DNA of 64,000 bases from Alphaproteobacteria bacterium (lineage in GTDB: Bacteria > Pseudomonadota > Alphaproteobacteria > UBA828). This document shows positions 28,742 to 39,023 of the stretch, piece after piece. Position numbers and translations under genes: made by a program. Position 1 is the first letter of the stretch. Each line of letters begins with the position of its first letter. The stretch spans positions 320,001 through 384,000 of the forward strand of contig CBDCRW010000007.1 of NCBI GenBank assembly GCA_965221125.1. Reading direction: 5' to 3'. The notes beneath the pieces are model-generated. The model was not told the DNA's origin. It saw nothing but the letters and a program-made list of their open reading frames with translations, and searched no databases.

Positions 28742-30426
28742 GCGGTCCTCCCGTCGTCAGAATCGATTGATACGCCATAGACCTCGCGCGCGCGCTCGGC
28801 GCTGATGAGGCCGTTGCTCACGTCGCGGCGCACGCGTTCGGGGTCGCGCTTCTTCGGATCGCCGAAGCCGCCGCCGTTGCCGGTGACGACGCGGATCACG
28901 TCGTCCCGCTGCGTCTTGAGGCCGGAGACGAAGGCGAAGCGCTGGCGCTCGCCCTCGCGCGGGATGAAGTCCACGTAGTTGGGCGAGCCTTCGTTGCCGC
29001 CGTCGAGCGCCCAGGCGGGGAACTTCGAGCGCGTGTAGCCCATGGTGAGGAAGCCGTCGTCGGCGCGCACGCGGTAGTCCATGACGATGCCGCGCCCGCC
29101 GGTGAACTCGCCCTCGCCGCCGGGCTCGACGTTGAGCGCCATCTGGTCGACGTAGAGCCCGTTGCGCGCCTCGTTGACCTCGGCCGGGCAGTTGAAGGTC
29201 TCGCCGTGGAAGCCGCAGAACATGGCGTTGTTCCCGTCCATCCCCTCGCGGCCGCCCCAGCCGCCGAGCTGCGGCTCGATGATGGTGTACTGGCGGCCGG
29301 TGTCGGGGTGGATGCCGCCGATGAAGGTGCCGCACACCGAGGCGAAGTGCCCGGCCGCGAGTTTCTCCGGCATGTGCTGGGCGAGGCAGCGCCACATGAT
29401 GTCGTACACGCGGAGGTCGATCTCGTAATAGAAGCCGATGGGCGCGGGTTCCTCGGCATGGAACACGGAGCCCTCACGCGTCAGCAGGCGGATCGGGCGG
29501 AAGGAGCCCGCGTTGCACGGCGAATAGGGGTCGGTCAGCGACTTGAAGATCATCTGCGCCGCGACCATCACGCCGTCCCGGCTGGTGTTGACCGGGTTGG
29601 TCGCCTGGTCCGGGTTGTCGCGCAGGTCGACGACGAACTCGTCGTCCGCGATGGTGATGGTGACGTTGAAGACCTGGCCGTCGTCCTGCTCCTCGGCGAG
29701 CGTGAAGGTGCCCTTCGGCAGCGTCTTCAGCGCCGAGCGCGAGACCCGCTCGCCGTAGTCCATGAACGAGGTCATCGCCTGCTCGAACGTGGCGGCGCCG
29801 TATTTTTCCGCGATCTCCACCAGCCGCGCGGTGCCGATGCGGACGGAGGCGATGGCGGCCCAGACGTCGCCTTCGAGCACGTCCGGCATGCGCGAGTTGA
29901 CCTTGATGATCTCCATGACCGGCTGGATCGGCGCGCCGCGCGAGATCATCTTGACGGCGGGGAGCCTCAGCCCCTCCTGAAAGATCTCCGTCGCCTCGCC
30001 GGTGAGCGAGCCCGGCGCCATGCCGCCCACGTCCGAGTTGTGCGCGATGTTCGCGGTCCAGGCGATGATGCGGCCCTCGGCGAAGACCGGCATGACGACG
30101 ACGATGTCGTTCAGGTGCGTGACGCCGCCGTAGTAGGGGTCGTTGGTGACGAAGACGTCGCCGGGCTCCACCGCGCCGGGCTCGTCGAACTTCTCGACGA
30201 TCACCGTCACCGCCTTGTCGAGCACGCCGACGAAGGCGGGGATGCCGGCGCCGGAACAGGCGATCTCGCCCTTGGCATCGGTGATCCCGGTGCCCATGTC
30301 GAGCACCTCGTAGATGATCGAGCTCATCGCCGTCTTCTTCATGGCGGCGAACATCTCGTCGGCCGCGCTCTGCAGCGAGTTCTGGATGATCTCCAGGGTG
30401 ATCGGGTCGTTGGTCAGTGTCGTCAT
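28738..30426 (-). CDS. Hydantoinase B/oxoprolinase subunit
   Basis: TNDPYYGGVTHLND, EIFQEGLRLP, TGNGGGFGDP. Confidence 0.92.
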   Translation of the reverse strand: MTTLTNDPITLEIIQNSLQSAADEMFAAMKKTAMSSIIYEVLDMGTGITDAKGEIACSGAGIPAFVGVLDKAVTVIVEKFDEPGAVEPGDVFVTNDPYYGGVTHLNDIVVVMPVFAEGRIIAWTANIAHNSDVGGMAPGSLTGEATEIFQEGLRLPAVKMISRGAPIQPVMEIIKVNSRMPDVLEGDVWAAIASVRIGTARLVEIAEKYGAATFEQAMTSFMDYGERVSRSALKTLPKGTFTLAEEQDDGQVFNVTITIADDEFVVDLRDNPDQATNPVNTSRDGVMVAAQMIFKSLTDPYSPCNAGSFRPIRLLTREGSVFHAEEPAPIGFYYEIDLRVYDIMWRCLAQHMPEKLAAGHFASVCGTFIGGIHPDTGRQYTIIEPQLGGWGGREGMDGNNAMFCGFHGETFNCPAEVNEARNGLYVDQMALNVEPGGEGEFTGGRGIVMDYRVRADDGFLTMGYTRSKFPAWALDGGNEGSPNYVDFIPREGERQRFAFVSGLKTQRDDVIRVVTGNGGGFGDPKKRDPERVRRDVSNGLISAERAREVYGVSIDSDDGRTA

Positions 30427-30445
30427 GGTGCTGCCGCCTGCTCGC

Positions 30446-32524
30446 TCAGTTGCGGATATGAATGCGGATATTTCCGAAGTCGTCCACCTCGGCGTGGCTG
30501 CCGGGGTGGACCACGACCGTGGTGCCGGGGTCTTCCACGATGGCCGGGCCGTCGAAGCCCATGCCGGGCTCCAGCCGCTCGCCGTCGTAGATCGCCGCCT
30601 CGTGCAGGCCTTCGAGCGCGTAGTCGACCGGGCGCGCGCCCTTCCGCGCGTCCGCCAGCGCGCGGCCCGTGGTCTCGCGGCGGGTCATGGTGAGCTTGCC
30701 GATGTCGACCGTGGCGACGACGTGGAGGCCCACCATCTCCACAGGCGCGTCCAGCCGATACGTGTACTCGCGCTCGTAGGTCTCGTGGAAGGCGGCCTCG
30801 ATGGCGGCGACGCCGTCGGCCGTGATCGGCCCTCCCTCCAGCGGCACCTCCGTGGTGTGCTCCTGGTTCTGGTAGCGGAACTTGCCGAGGCGCACCAGCT
30901 TGACCGCCGACGCCGCGATGCCCTCGGCCGCGAAGCGGCTCCGCGCGCGCTCCTCCGCCTCGCCGAACGCGCCCTCGATGGCGGACGCGTTCTCAGGCCT
31001 GAGATCGACGAGCAGCGTCACCACGTCGTCGCGCCGCAGGTCCGACATCATCATGCCCCAGGCGGAGAACACCGAGGCATCGGCCGGCACCACCACCTTG
31101 GTGACGCCCAGCTCCTGCGCGAGCGCCACCGCGTGCATCGCGCCGCCGCCGCCGAAGGCGATCAACGTGAAGTCGCGCGGGTCGAAGCCTCGGTTGACCG
31201 AGACCAGCTTGAGCGCGTTCACCATGTTGTTGTTGGCGATGCGGACGATGCCGCGGGCGGCCTCGTCGGCGTCGACGCCGAGCCGCGCGCCGACCGCCTC
31301 GATGGCCTTCGCCACCGCGTCCATGTCGGCGTCGACCGTGCCGCCGCAGAAATAGTCGCGGTTGATGCGGCCGAGCCAGAGGTTGGCGTCGGTCGTGGTG
31401 GCCTCGGTGCCGCCCCGCCCGTAGGCCGCAGGGCCCGGCGCGGCGCCGGCGGAGCGCGGCCCCACGCGCAGCTTGCCGAAGTCGTCGACCCAGGCGATGG
31501 AGCCGCCGCCGTTGCCGATCTCCACAAGGTCGACGACGGGGACCATGATGGGATAGCCGGCGGTGGCGCGGCTCCGCCCGATCCAGTAGTCGGTCTTGAT
31601 CCTGACGTCCGCGTCCTCGATCAGCGAGCACTTGGCGGTGGTGCCGCCGATATCCAGGGCCAGCACGTTGGGCTCGCCAATCAGCCGCCCCAGCTCGGCC
31701 GCGCCCCAGACGCCGGACGCCGGCCCCGATTCCACCATCGTGATCGGGATGCGCGAGACCGTGTCCACTGAATCGACGCCGCAGTTGGACTGCATGATGT
31801 AGAGGCCGCCGCCAAAACCCTGCTCGGCGAGGCCGGCGTCGAGGCGCTGCAGGTAGCGCTCCGCCACCGGCTGCACGTAGGCCGAGAGCACGGCGGTGCT
31901 GGTGCGCTCGTACTCGCGCCACTCGCGCGTGATCTGGTGCGAGGAGATGGCCGAGACCTCGGGCCAGAGGCGGGCCAGCTCCGCCAGCGCGCGCTCCTCG
32001 TGCGCGGGGTTCGCGTAGGAGTGGATGAAGCAGATCGCCACCGCCTCCACGCCCTCGGCGCGAAAGTCCGCGACGATCTCCGGCAGCGGCGAAAGGTCGA
32101 GCGGCTGCATCTCGTTGCCGTGGTAGTCGATGCGGCCGGGCAGCTCGCGACGCAGCCGGCGCGGCACGAAGGGCTCGGGCTTCCGGTAGTGCAGGTTGAA
32201 GAAGTCGGGCCGGTTGCCGCGCGCGATCTCCAGCGTGTCGCGAAAGCCCTGCGTCGTGATGAGCCCGACCCTGACGCCGGTGCGCTCGGTCAGCGCGTTG
32301 ATGACGACGGTCGTGCCGTGGGCGAGAAAGCCCACCGAGTCCGCCTCGACTGCGGCCTTTGCCATGACGTCGAACACGCCTTCCTCGTAGCCGCCGGGCG
32401 TGGTGTCGGACTTGGCGCTGCGGACGTGGGCCTCGCCTGTCTCCCCATCGGATTCGAAGACCAGCAGGTCGGTAAAGGTTCCGCCGACGTCGGTCGCGAC
32501 GCGGATGGATTTCGCAGCCATCAA
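30446..32524 (-). CDS. Hydantoinase A/oxoprolinase subunit
   Basis: DVGGTFTD, HGTT, ESGPASG, DIGGTT. Confidence 0.93.
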   Translation of the reverse strand: MMAAKSIRVATDVGGTFTDLLVFESDGETGEAHVRSAKSDTTPGGYEEGVFDVMAKAAVEADSVGFLAHGTTVVINALTERTGVRVGLITTQGFRDTLEIARGNRPDFFNLHYRKPEPFVPRRLRRELPGRIDYHGNEMQPLDLSPLPEIVADFRAEGVEAVAICFIHSYANPAHEERALAELARLWPEVSAISSHQITREWREYERTSTAVLSAYVQPVAERYLQRLDAGLAEQGFGGGLYIMQSNCGVDSVDTVSRIPITMVESGPASGVWGAAELGRLIGEPNVLALDIGGTTAKCSLIEDADVRIKTDYWIGRSRATAGYPIMVPVVDLVEIGNGGGSIAWVDDFGKLRVGPRSAGAAPGPAAYGRGGTEATTTDANLWLGRINRDYFCGGTVDADMDAVAKAIEAVGARLGVDADEAARGIVRIANNNMVNALKLVSVNRGFDPRDFTLIAFGGGGAMHAVALAQELGVTKVVVPADASVFSAWGMMMSDLRRDDVVTLLVDLRPENASAIEGAFGEAEERARSRFAAEGIAASAVKLVRLGKFRYQNQEHTTEVPLEGGPITADGVAAIEAAFHETYEREYTYRLDAPVEMVGLHVVATVDIGKLTMTRRETTGRALADARKGARPVDYALEGLHEAAIYDGERLEPGMGFDGPAIVEDPGTTVVVHPGSHAEVDDFGNIRIHIRN

Positions 32525-32601
32525 TGAACTCCCAAGCTGAAACGGATCGCGGGCGGCGGTCGGGATTCGGCTCTTGCGTCCGGAGCGGCCCGAACGGAAA
32601 A

Positions 32602-32716
32602 CCCACCTCCCCCTGTCCCCCTCCCCCCGGAGGGCGGAGGGGGGACGCTGTCGTGGACGGCGGCGCCTACTCCCTCTCCTCCCCTCGGGGGAGGAGAGGG
32701 CCGGGGTGAGGTGGGG
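32602..32716. repeat. Double-hairpin REP-like element inside the operon
   Basis: CCCACCTCCCCCTGTCCCCCT…GGGGTGAGGTGGGG. Confidence 0.85.
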
Positions 32717-32735
32717 GTGGTGGGCATCCGCGCGC

Positions 32736-33548
32736 TCACGGCCGGAACCCTCCTTCCGCGAGCGCGTCCCGCATCGCCTCCTCCTCGCGGGTGACGACCG
32801 GGACGGCGCTGATGAGGCGGCGCGTGTAGGGATGCTCGGGCGCGTCGAACAGCGCTTCGGTCACGCCGATCTCGATGAGGCGCCCCTTCTCGAACACGGC
32901 GACGCGGTCGGCGAAGTTGCGCACCACCGAGAGGTCGTGGGTGATGAAGAGGTAGGTGAGGCCGCGCCGCGGCCGAAGCTCCTCCAGCAGCCTGAGCACG
33001 CGCGCCTGCACCAGCACGTCGAGCGAGGACGTGGGCTCGTCGAGCACCACAAGCTCCGAGCGGCAGGCGAGCGCGCGGGCGACGGCCACGCGCTGGCGCT
33101 GCCCGCCGGAGAGCGCAGCCGGGTAGCGCCGCGCGAAGTCGGCGGGCAGGCCGACTTCCTCCAGCAGCGTCGCCACGATCTCCGGCCGCTCCTGCCGCTC
33201 GCCGATGCGGTGCACGTCGAGGGCGAGGCGGAGCGAGGCGCCGACGGTGCGTTTCGGGTTCAGCGTCGACAGCGGGTTCTGCTGCACGAGCTGGATGGCG
33301 CGCCGGTGCTCGCGGCGGCGCCGGGGCGGCAGCGGCGCGCCGTGCATAAAGATGTCGCCCGAGGACGGCGGATAGACGCCGAGGATGAGGTTGGCGACAG
33401 TGGTCTTGCCGGCGCCGGATTCGCCCACGATGGCGAGGCACTCGCCGGCCTGCACGTCGAACGACACCTCGAGCAGCGCGGGGACCTCGCGGTCCTCCAG
33501 CCGGAAGACCTTGGAGAGGTTGTGCACCTCCAGCAGCGGCGGGCTCAC
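32736..33548 (-). CDS. Dpp/Opp-type ABC ATPase (F)
   Basis: GESGAGKTT, LSGGQRQR, LDEPT. Confidence 0.92.
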   Translation of the reverse strand: MSPPLLEVHNLSKVFRLEDREVPALLEVSFDVQAGECLAIVGESGAGKTTVANLILGVYPPSSGDIFMHGAPLPPRRRREHRRAIQLVQQNPLSTLNPKRTVGASLRLALDVHRIGERQERPEIVATLLEEVGLPADFARRYPAALSGGQRQRVAVARALACRSELVVLDEPTSSLDVLVQARVLRLLEELRPRRGLTYLFITHDLSVVRNFADRVAVFEKGRLIEIGVTEALFDAPEHPYTRRLISAVPVVTREEEAMRDALAEGGFRP

Positions 33549-34426
33549 GGCGCGCCTCCGCCTGCCGCGTGGACGACGAGCGGCTCGGAGAAGTCGCGCG
33601 GCTCGTCGCCGATGTCCGGCAGGCCGCCGCCGGTTATGCGCGGCACCGCCGCCATGAGCGCCCGCGTGTAGGCATGGCCGGGGCGCTCGAAGACGGAGGC
33701 ACACGGCCCTTCCTCCACGATGCGGCCCTTGTAGATGACGTAGACGCGGTCCGCGAACTCGCGCACGACGCCGAGGTTGTGGGAGATGAACAGAACCGAC
33801 GTGTGGTGATGCTCCACCAGCTCCCGCATGAGCTTGAGCGTCTGCGCCTGCACGGTCACGTCGAGCGCGGTGCCCGGCTCGTCGGCGATGAGCAGCGCGG
33901 GCTCGTTGGCGAGCGCCATCGCGATCATCACCCGCTGGTTCATCCCGCCCGAGAGCTGGAAGGCGTAGGATTCGAAGGCCCGGTCGGGATCGTCGATGGA
34001 GACTTCCATGAGCATCTGCGCCGCGCGCTCGCGGGCGGCGGCCTCGCTGATGCGGGGCTCGGCCCGCTTCAGCACCTCGTGGAACTGGGTGCCGATGCGG
34101 TAGACCGGATTGAGCGACGAGGTCGGGTCCTGGAACACCATGGTCATGCGGGTGCCGCGCAGCCGGCTGCGCTCCCGCGCGCTCATGCGGTCGAGGTCGC
34201 GCCCCTCGAACACCACGCTGCCGGAGATGCGGGCCGAGCGCAGCAGCTGCAGCAGCCCCAGCACGATGCGGGCGGTCACCGACTTGCCGGAGCCGGACTC
34301 GCCCACCAGCGCCACCCGCTCCCCCGGCCGGATGGTGAGCGAGATGCCGTGCAGCACCTCGACGTAGGCCTCGTAGGTCCTGAAGCCCAGCCGGAGGTCC
34401 TGGATGTCGAGCGTCGGCACGGTCAT
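33545..34426 (-). CDS. Dpp/Opp-type ABC ATPase (D)
   Basis: GESGSGKS, LSGGMNQR. Confidence 0.92.
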   Translation of the reverse strand: MTVPTLDIQDLRLGFRTYEAYVEVLHGISLTIRPGERVALVGESGSGKSVTARIVLGLLQLLRSARISGSVVFEGRDLDRMSARERSRLRGTRMTMVFQDPTSSLNPVYRIGTQFHEVLKRAEPRISEAAARERAAQMLMEVSIDDPDRAFESYAFQLSGGMNQRVMIAMALANEPALLIADEPGTALDVTVQAQTLKLMRELVEHHHTSVLFISHNLGVVREFADRVYVIYKGRIVEEGPCASVFERPGHAYTRALMAAVPRITGGGLPDIGDEPRDFSEPLVVHAAGGGAP

Positions 34427-35256
34427 TGGTCGGCCCCGAAGAGCTCGCGCAGCGCATCGCCGATGAGGTTGAAGCCGAACACCGCGATGAGGATCGCGAG
34501 GCTCGGGAAGATGGTGAGCCACCAGGAATCCGGCAGGTACTTCGCGCCGTCCGCCACCATGGAGCCCAGGTCCGGCGTCGGCGGCTGCACGCCGAGCCCG
34601 AGGAACGAGAGCGACGAGGCGATCAGGATGATGAAGCCGAGGTCGAGCGTCATCTTGGTGATGATGGAGGGGAAGCAGTTGGGCAGGATTTCGCGGAAGA
34701 TCACGTGCAGCCTAGAGGCGCCGATCAGCTCGGCCGCGAGCACGTAGCCTTCCTCCTTCTCGCCCCGCGTCATGTTGTAGACGAGCCGCGCGTACCACGG
34801 CCACCACATCGCGGTCACCGCCAGCATCCCGTTGATGAGCGTCGGCTCCAGCACCCCCATGATCGACATGGCGAGCACCAGCGGCGGGATGGAGAGGAAC
34901 ACGTCCGTCACCCGCATCAGCACGAACTCGGTGTAGCGGCCGAAGTAGCCGGCGATCAGCCCGACCGTGACACCCACGGGAACCGCGATGCCGAGCACGA
35001 CCACGCCCAGGATCAGCGATATGCGGTAGGCGTAGATGACCCGGCTGAAGAGGTCGCGGCCGACGAGATCGGTCCCCATCAGGTGCGGCCACGTGGGCGG
35101 CTGGTTGAAGTTGGCGAAGTCCACGACCGCGCCGCGATGCTCGGGGAAGGGCGCGATGAAGTCCGCGAAGATCGCGCAGATCAGGATGATGCCGACCAGG
35201 ATCAGCCCCAGCAGCGAGAGCGGGTTCGAGACCAGGATCGCGGCGGCGCGCCTCAT
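34423..35256 (-). CDS. ABC permease (DppC-like)
   Basis: HLMGTDLVGRDLFSR, SLSFLGLGVQPP. Confidence 0.92.
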   Translation of the reverse strand: MRRAAAILVSNPLSLLGLILVGIILICAIFADFIAPFPEHRGAVVDFANFNQPPTWPHLMGTDLVGRDLFSRVIYAYRISLILGVVVLGIAVPVGVTVGLIAGYFGRYTEFVLMRVTDVFLSIPPLVLAMSIMGVLEPTLINGMLAVTAMWWPWYARLVYNMTRGEKEEGYVLAAELIGASRLHVIFREILPNCFPSIITKMTLDLGFIILIASSLSFLGLGVQPPTPDLGSMVADGAKYLPDSWWLTIFPSLAILIAVFGFNLIGDALRELFGADQ

Positions 35257-36278
35257 GTGCGCCCTCGCGCGTAGCGGATGCGCGGGTTGATGAAGGTGAC
35301 CAGCACGTCGACGATGAGGTTCATGATGAGGAAGGTCGCCGAGATGATGAGCACGGTGCCGACGATGGCATCCAAATCCTTGCGCAGGATGACCGAGACG
35401 CCGTAGCGGGAGAGGCCGGGCCAGGCGAACACCGCTTCCACGAGAAAGGCGTTGCCGAGCATGGCCGCGAAGTCGAGCCCGATGATGGTGAGCGCCGGGA
35501 TCAGCGACGGCTTGAAGGCGTAGCGCCGCGCGATGCGGCGATCGGGCACGCCGTAGGAGCGCGCCATCTCGATGAAGGGCTTGTCGTATGTCTCCACCAT
35601 GTTGGCGCGGGTGAGCCGCGCCGTCTGCCCGATACCGGAGAGTGCCAGCGCGAAGGCGGGCAGGACGATGTGCCAGGCGGCGTTGCCGAAGGCCGCGAGG
35701 TTGCCGGCGATCAGCGTGTCCAACAGCAGGAAGTTCGTGACCGGCTGAATCGCAAACGTGTCCGAGATACGGCCCGCGATGGGGAAGAGCGGCAGGAAGA
35801 ACGCGAACAGCAGCATCAGGATCACGGCCCAGACGAAGCTCGGCGCCGAGACGCCCAGCAGGGCCACCATGCGGATGGAATTGTCGATCCAGGTCCCTCG
35901 GTAGCGCGCGGAGGCGATGCCGAGCGGCAGCCCGATCGCGATCATCATCGCGCCGGCGACGAAGATCAGCTCCAGCGTGGCGGGCAGGAACTGCGCGATG
36001 TCCACCACCACGGGCCGGTTGGTGTAGAGCGAGATGCCGAGGTCGCCCTGCACCAGCTCGCTCAGGAAGTGGCCGTACTGGGTGGTGATCGGCTCGTCGA
36101 GGCGGAGTTCCGCGCGCAGCTTCTCGACCTGCTCTGCGGTGGCGCTCGGGCCCAGCGCGATGCGCGCGGGATCGCCCGGGATCACCCGGGCGATCGCGAA
36201 GATCAGCATCGAGACCCCCAGCAGGACGATGCAGGAGATCCCGACGCGCCTTGCAAAAATGAGGATCGTCGGCGTCAC
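35253..36278 (-). CDS. ABC permease (DppB-like)
   Basis: IPGDPAR, GDLGIS, EAVFAWPGL. Confidence 0.92.
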   Translation of the reverse strand: MTPTILIFARRVGISCIVLLGVSMLIFAIARVIPGDPARIALGPSATAEQVEKLRAELRLDEPITTQYGHFLSELVQGDLGISLYTNRPVVVDIAQFLPATLELIFVAGAMMIAIGLPLGIASARYRGTWIDNSIRMVALLGVSAPSFVWAVILMLLFAFFLPLFPIAGRISDTFAIQPVTNFLLLDTLIAGNLAAFGNAAWHIVLPAFALALSGIGQTARLTRANMVETYDKPFIEMARSYGVPDRRIARRYAFKPSLIPALTIIGLDFAAMLGNAFLVEAVFAWPGLSRYGVSVILRKDLDAIVGTVLIISATFLIMNLIVDVLVTFINPRIRYARGRT

Positions 36279-36338
36279 GACCCCACTCTAAACGACGGGG
36301 CGGGCAGGTCGACAGCATGCCCGCCCCGCCGTGGGACC

Positions 36339-37931
36339 CTACTCGGTCATTTCCATGAGGCGGAAGGTGAAGCCGAAGCCGTCGAGACCGAAGGCCATGG
36401 CCGGATCGCTGAGCGCCGGCACCTTGACCCGGTTGGACGCCGCGAACACCGACTGCGAATCATGGGCGAAGATGGTGGGCGAGACCGCCATCAGCCTGTC
36501 GTTGAGCGCCGAATAGGCCTCTTGCCGGGCCTCCGGCGTCGCCCCGGTGCGTCCGGCGTCGAGCAGGCGGTCCACCTCGGCGTCATTGAGGTGCTCGGGC
36601 GACTGCCACGTGCCCGCCGCGCTGGAGTGGTACATGCCGTAGAGCAGCGTGTCGGTATCGCCGGTCACTGCGGTGACGTAGACCTGCGAGACGTTGGGCG
36701 TGGTCTCGGGGTTCGACACCTGCTCGGCGAAAAGCGCCCACGGGATGCGGCGGATCTCGGAGTTGATGCCGATCTCCGCGAAGTTCGCCTGCATGAGCAG
36801 CGCGAAGCGCTCCTCCAGCGGCACCTCGCCGATCCAGGTGAGCTCGAGCACGAAGTCGTCGGTCGAGTACTTGCAATCGGCCAGATGCTGCCGCGCCGCG
36901 TCGAGATCGCGGGTCTGCGCCTTCTCGCGCGGGTTGGCGCCCAGCATCGCGGCCGGGATCGCGCCGGTCGACAGCGTGCCCTGCGAGACCTCGTCGGTGA
37001 CCGCGATGATCTTGACCCCGCCCTCGTAGTCGAAGGCCTTGGCCAGCGCGAGGCGGCAGTTCACGTCGTCGAGCGGCGGCTTGGTCGTGTTGAGCTTCAT
37101 GTAGAAGCCCGTCACGCCGCCCTCGGTGAGCAGCTGCGCGCCGCCCCCGGCCAGCGCGCCCAGCACCTCCGGCGGCACCCACTGCGAGGAGATGTCGTGC
37201 TCCCCTTGCGCGATGAGCGTGCGCACCGTGGCTGCCTCAAGCCCGTAGCGGAGGCGCACCGTGTCCGGCGCCGCGTCCGCGATGGGCAGGAAGTAGCCGG
37301 CGTTCTTCTCCATCACCGTCTCTTCCTGCGGGTTGTGGGAGACGACGCGGTAGGCGCCGGTGCCGGCTCCGTTCTGCGACAGGAAGGCCTGGCCCCAGTC
37401 GCCCATCTCGCCCTCGCCGTCGCCGAGATTGGCCATGACGAGCTGCTTGTCGACGATGGGGAGCCGCACCAGCGACGAGACGAAGGGCGCGTAGGGCTCG
37501 GAGAGGGTGAAGCGCACCGTCTGCGCGTCCACCGCCTCGGCGCCTTCCACGCTCACGAAGAGGTAGGAGAGCCCCTGGCCGATGGTCTGCATGCGGTCGA
37601 GCGAGAAGACCACGTCGTCGGCGGTGAGCGGGTTGCCGCTCTGGAACGTGACGTCGTCGCGGAGCGTGAAGGTGAAGCTCGTCCCTTCGCCGGACCAGCT
37701 CGCCGCCAGGTGCGGGTCGTGGCCGGGCGCGCCCTGCTGCGGGATGACGAGGGTGTCGTAGACGTTGAACATCAGGATGGAGTCGGCGTAGTCGGTCGCC
37801 TTGGCCGGGTCGAGCTCGCCGACCGCGACCTCGTCGAGGCGCAGCACGCCGCCGGCCTGGACGATCTGGGGGATCGCCCCCAGCGCCGCCACCAGCGAGG
37901 CCGCCGACAGCAGTTTCAGCAGTGTTCTCAT
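36339..37931 (-). CDS. ABC substrate-binding protein, family 5
   Basis: Signal peptide; LRDDVTFQSGNPLTADDVVFS. Confidence 0.9.
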   Translation of the reverse strand: MRTLLKLLSAASLVAALGAIPQIVQAGGVLRLDEVAVGELDPAKATDYADSILMFNVYDTLVIPQQGAPGHDPHLAASWSGEGTSFTFTLRDDVTFQSGNPLTADDVVFSLDRMQTIGQGLSYLFVSVEGAEAVDAQTVRFTLSEPYAPFVSSLVRLPIVDKQLVMANLGDGEGEMGDWGQAFLSQNGAGTGAYRVVSHNPQEETVMEKNAGYFLPIADAAPDTVRLRYGLEAATVRTLIAQGEHDISSQWVPPEVLGALAGGGAQLLTEGGVTGFYMKLNTTKPPLDDVNCRLALAKAFDYEGGVKIIAVTDEVSQGTLSTGAIPAAMLGANPREKAQTRDLDAARQHLADCKYSTDDFVLELTWIGEVPLEERFALLMQANFAEIGINSEIRRIPWALFAEQVSNPETTPNVSQVYVTAVTGDTDTLLYGMYHSSAAGTWQSPEHLNDAEVDRLLDAGRTGATPEARQEAYSALNDRLMAVSPTIFAHDSQSVFAASNRVKVPALSDPAMAFGLDGFGFTFRLMEMTE

Positions 37932-37932
37932 G

Positions 37933-38574
37933 TCATGGTTCTCCCTTGTCGCAATCTTCCGGCTCGGCCGCCGCCTGCGGCCGCCTGCCGTGGTCGCCGA
38001 ACAGGTCCGAGGTGCACACATGCAGGATCACGGCCGGCGACGTGCCGTGGTTCCAGCTCGAATGGCGACGCGAGGACTTGAAATGGATGGAGGAGCCGGC
38101 CTCGAGCACGGTGCTCTCGTCCTCGGTCTCGACCGTGATGGTCCCCTCCAGGATGTAGAACAGCTCCTCGCCCTCGTGGCTGATCCGCTCGGAGCGATGC
38201 CCCGGCGGCTTGTGGATGATGACGCCGTTCAGCACGCTGCCGGGGAAGGAGGCGGAGATGCGCTCGTAGCGGAGCGCGTGCCGCTCGATGGCGAAGCTGC
38301 TCCGCTCGCCGTGCAGGGTGAAGGGCGCATCCGGCCGGGGCTGACCCAGGAACTCGGTCACGTGGGTGCGGAGCACGCCGGAGATGGCGGCGAGCGAGGA
38401 GAGCGAGGGCGCGTTGAGCCCGCGCTCGATCTGGGAAATGAAGCTGACCGAGAGCCCGGCGCCTTCCGCCACCTGCTTGAGCGTCAGTCCGAGCTGTTGG
38501 CGGCGGTCGCGCAGCCGCTTGCCCAGGGGGGCGTCGTTCTCCGCCGGCCGTGCCGCTTCGGACGATTCTGCCAT
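37933..38574 (-). CDS. XRE-cupin transcriptional regulator
   Basis: HTH SVSFISQIERG; cupin HEGEE. Confidence 0.9.
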   Translation of the reverse strand: MAESSEAARPAENDAPLGKRLRDRRQQLGLTLKQVAEGAGLSVSFISQIERGLNAPSLSSLAAISGVLRTHVTEFLGQPRPDAPFTLHGERSSFAIERHALRYERISASFPGSVLNGVIIHKPPGHRSERISHEGEELFYILEGTITVETEDESTVLEAGSSIHFKSSRRHSSWNHGTSPAVILHVCTSDLFGDHGRRPQAAAEPEDCDKGEP

Positions 38575-38672
38575 TTCCCCCGGCGCCCCACGATTTCACT
38601 ATGGGTAAAATCCTGACGCATGGGGTGGCCCCAAGTCAACGGGTCTTTGGTGCCGGCGGCGCTTCCTCGCCG

Positions 38673-38763
38673 CGTCTTGACCGGGCTTGTCCCGGTCAAT
38701 CGCGCGACAGTTCACACCGCGTGGCCGGCCAAATGGATGCCCGCAACGAGCGCGGGCACGACG
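38673..38763. repeat. CGTC-type REP dimer
   Basis: CGTC…CCGGGCTTGTCCCGG…GGATGCCCGC…GCGGGCACGACG. Confidence 0.7.
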
Positions 38764-38889
38764 AAATTAGGTTTAGGCCCGCGCTGAGCGCCAGAAAACT
38801 GCCGGGTTGTTCATGTAAAACAATCCGTTATGAGAAATTGGCTTCGTTTTGCAATTTTGACCTTCGCCGTTGGCGCGCTCCCCCCACCA

Positions 38890-38981
38890 CGTCATGGCCG
38901 GGCTTGTCCCGGCCATCAACCGGCCCGGCTGGACGAGATGCCCGGATGGCCGGAGCGAGTCCGGCAGGTCCGGGCATGACG
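38890..38981. repeat. CGTC-type REP dimer
   Basis: CGTCATGGCCGGGCTTGTCCCGGCCATC…GGGCATGACG. Confidence 0.75.
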
Positions 38982-39023
38982 TCCTGAGGGCGGGGCTTGC
39001 GTCCCGCGCCTGAGCCCTGCGGC

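Noticed and set aside
38764-38889. AT-rich spacer between two CGTC repeats as an sRNA or small gene
   Set aside because: No credible ORF, terminator or recognisable RNA motif.
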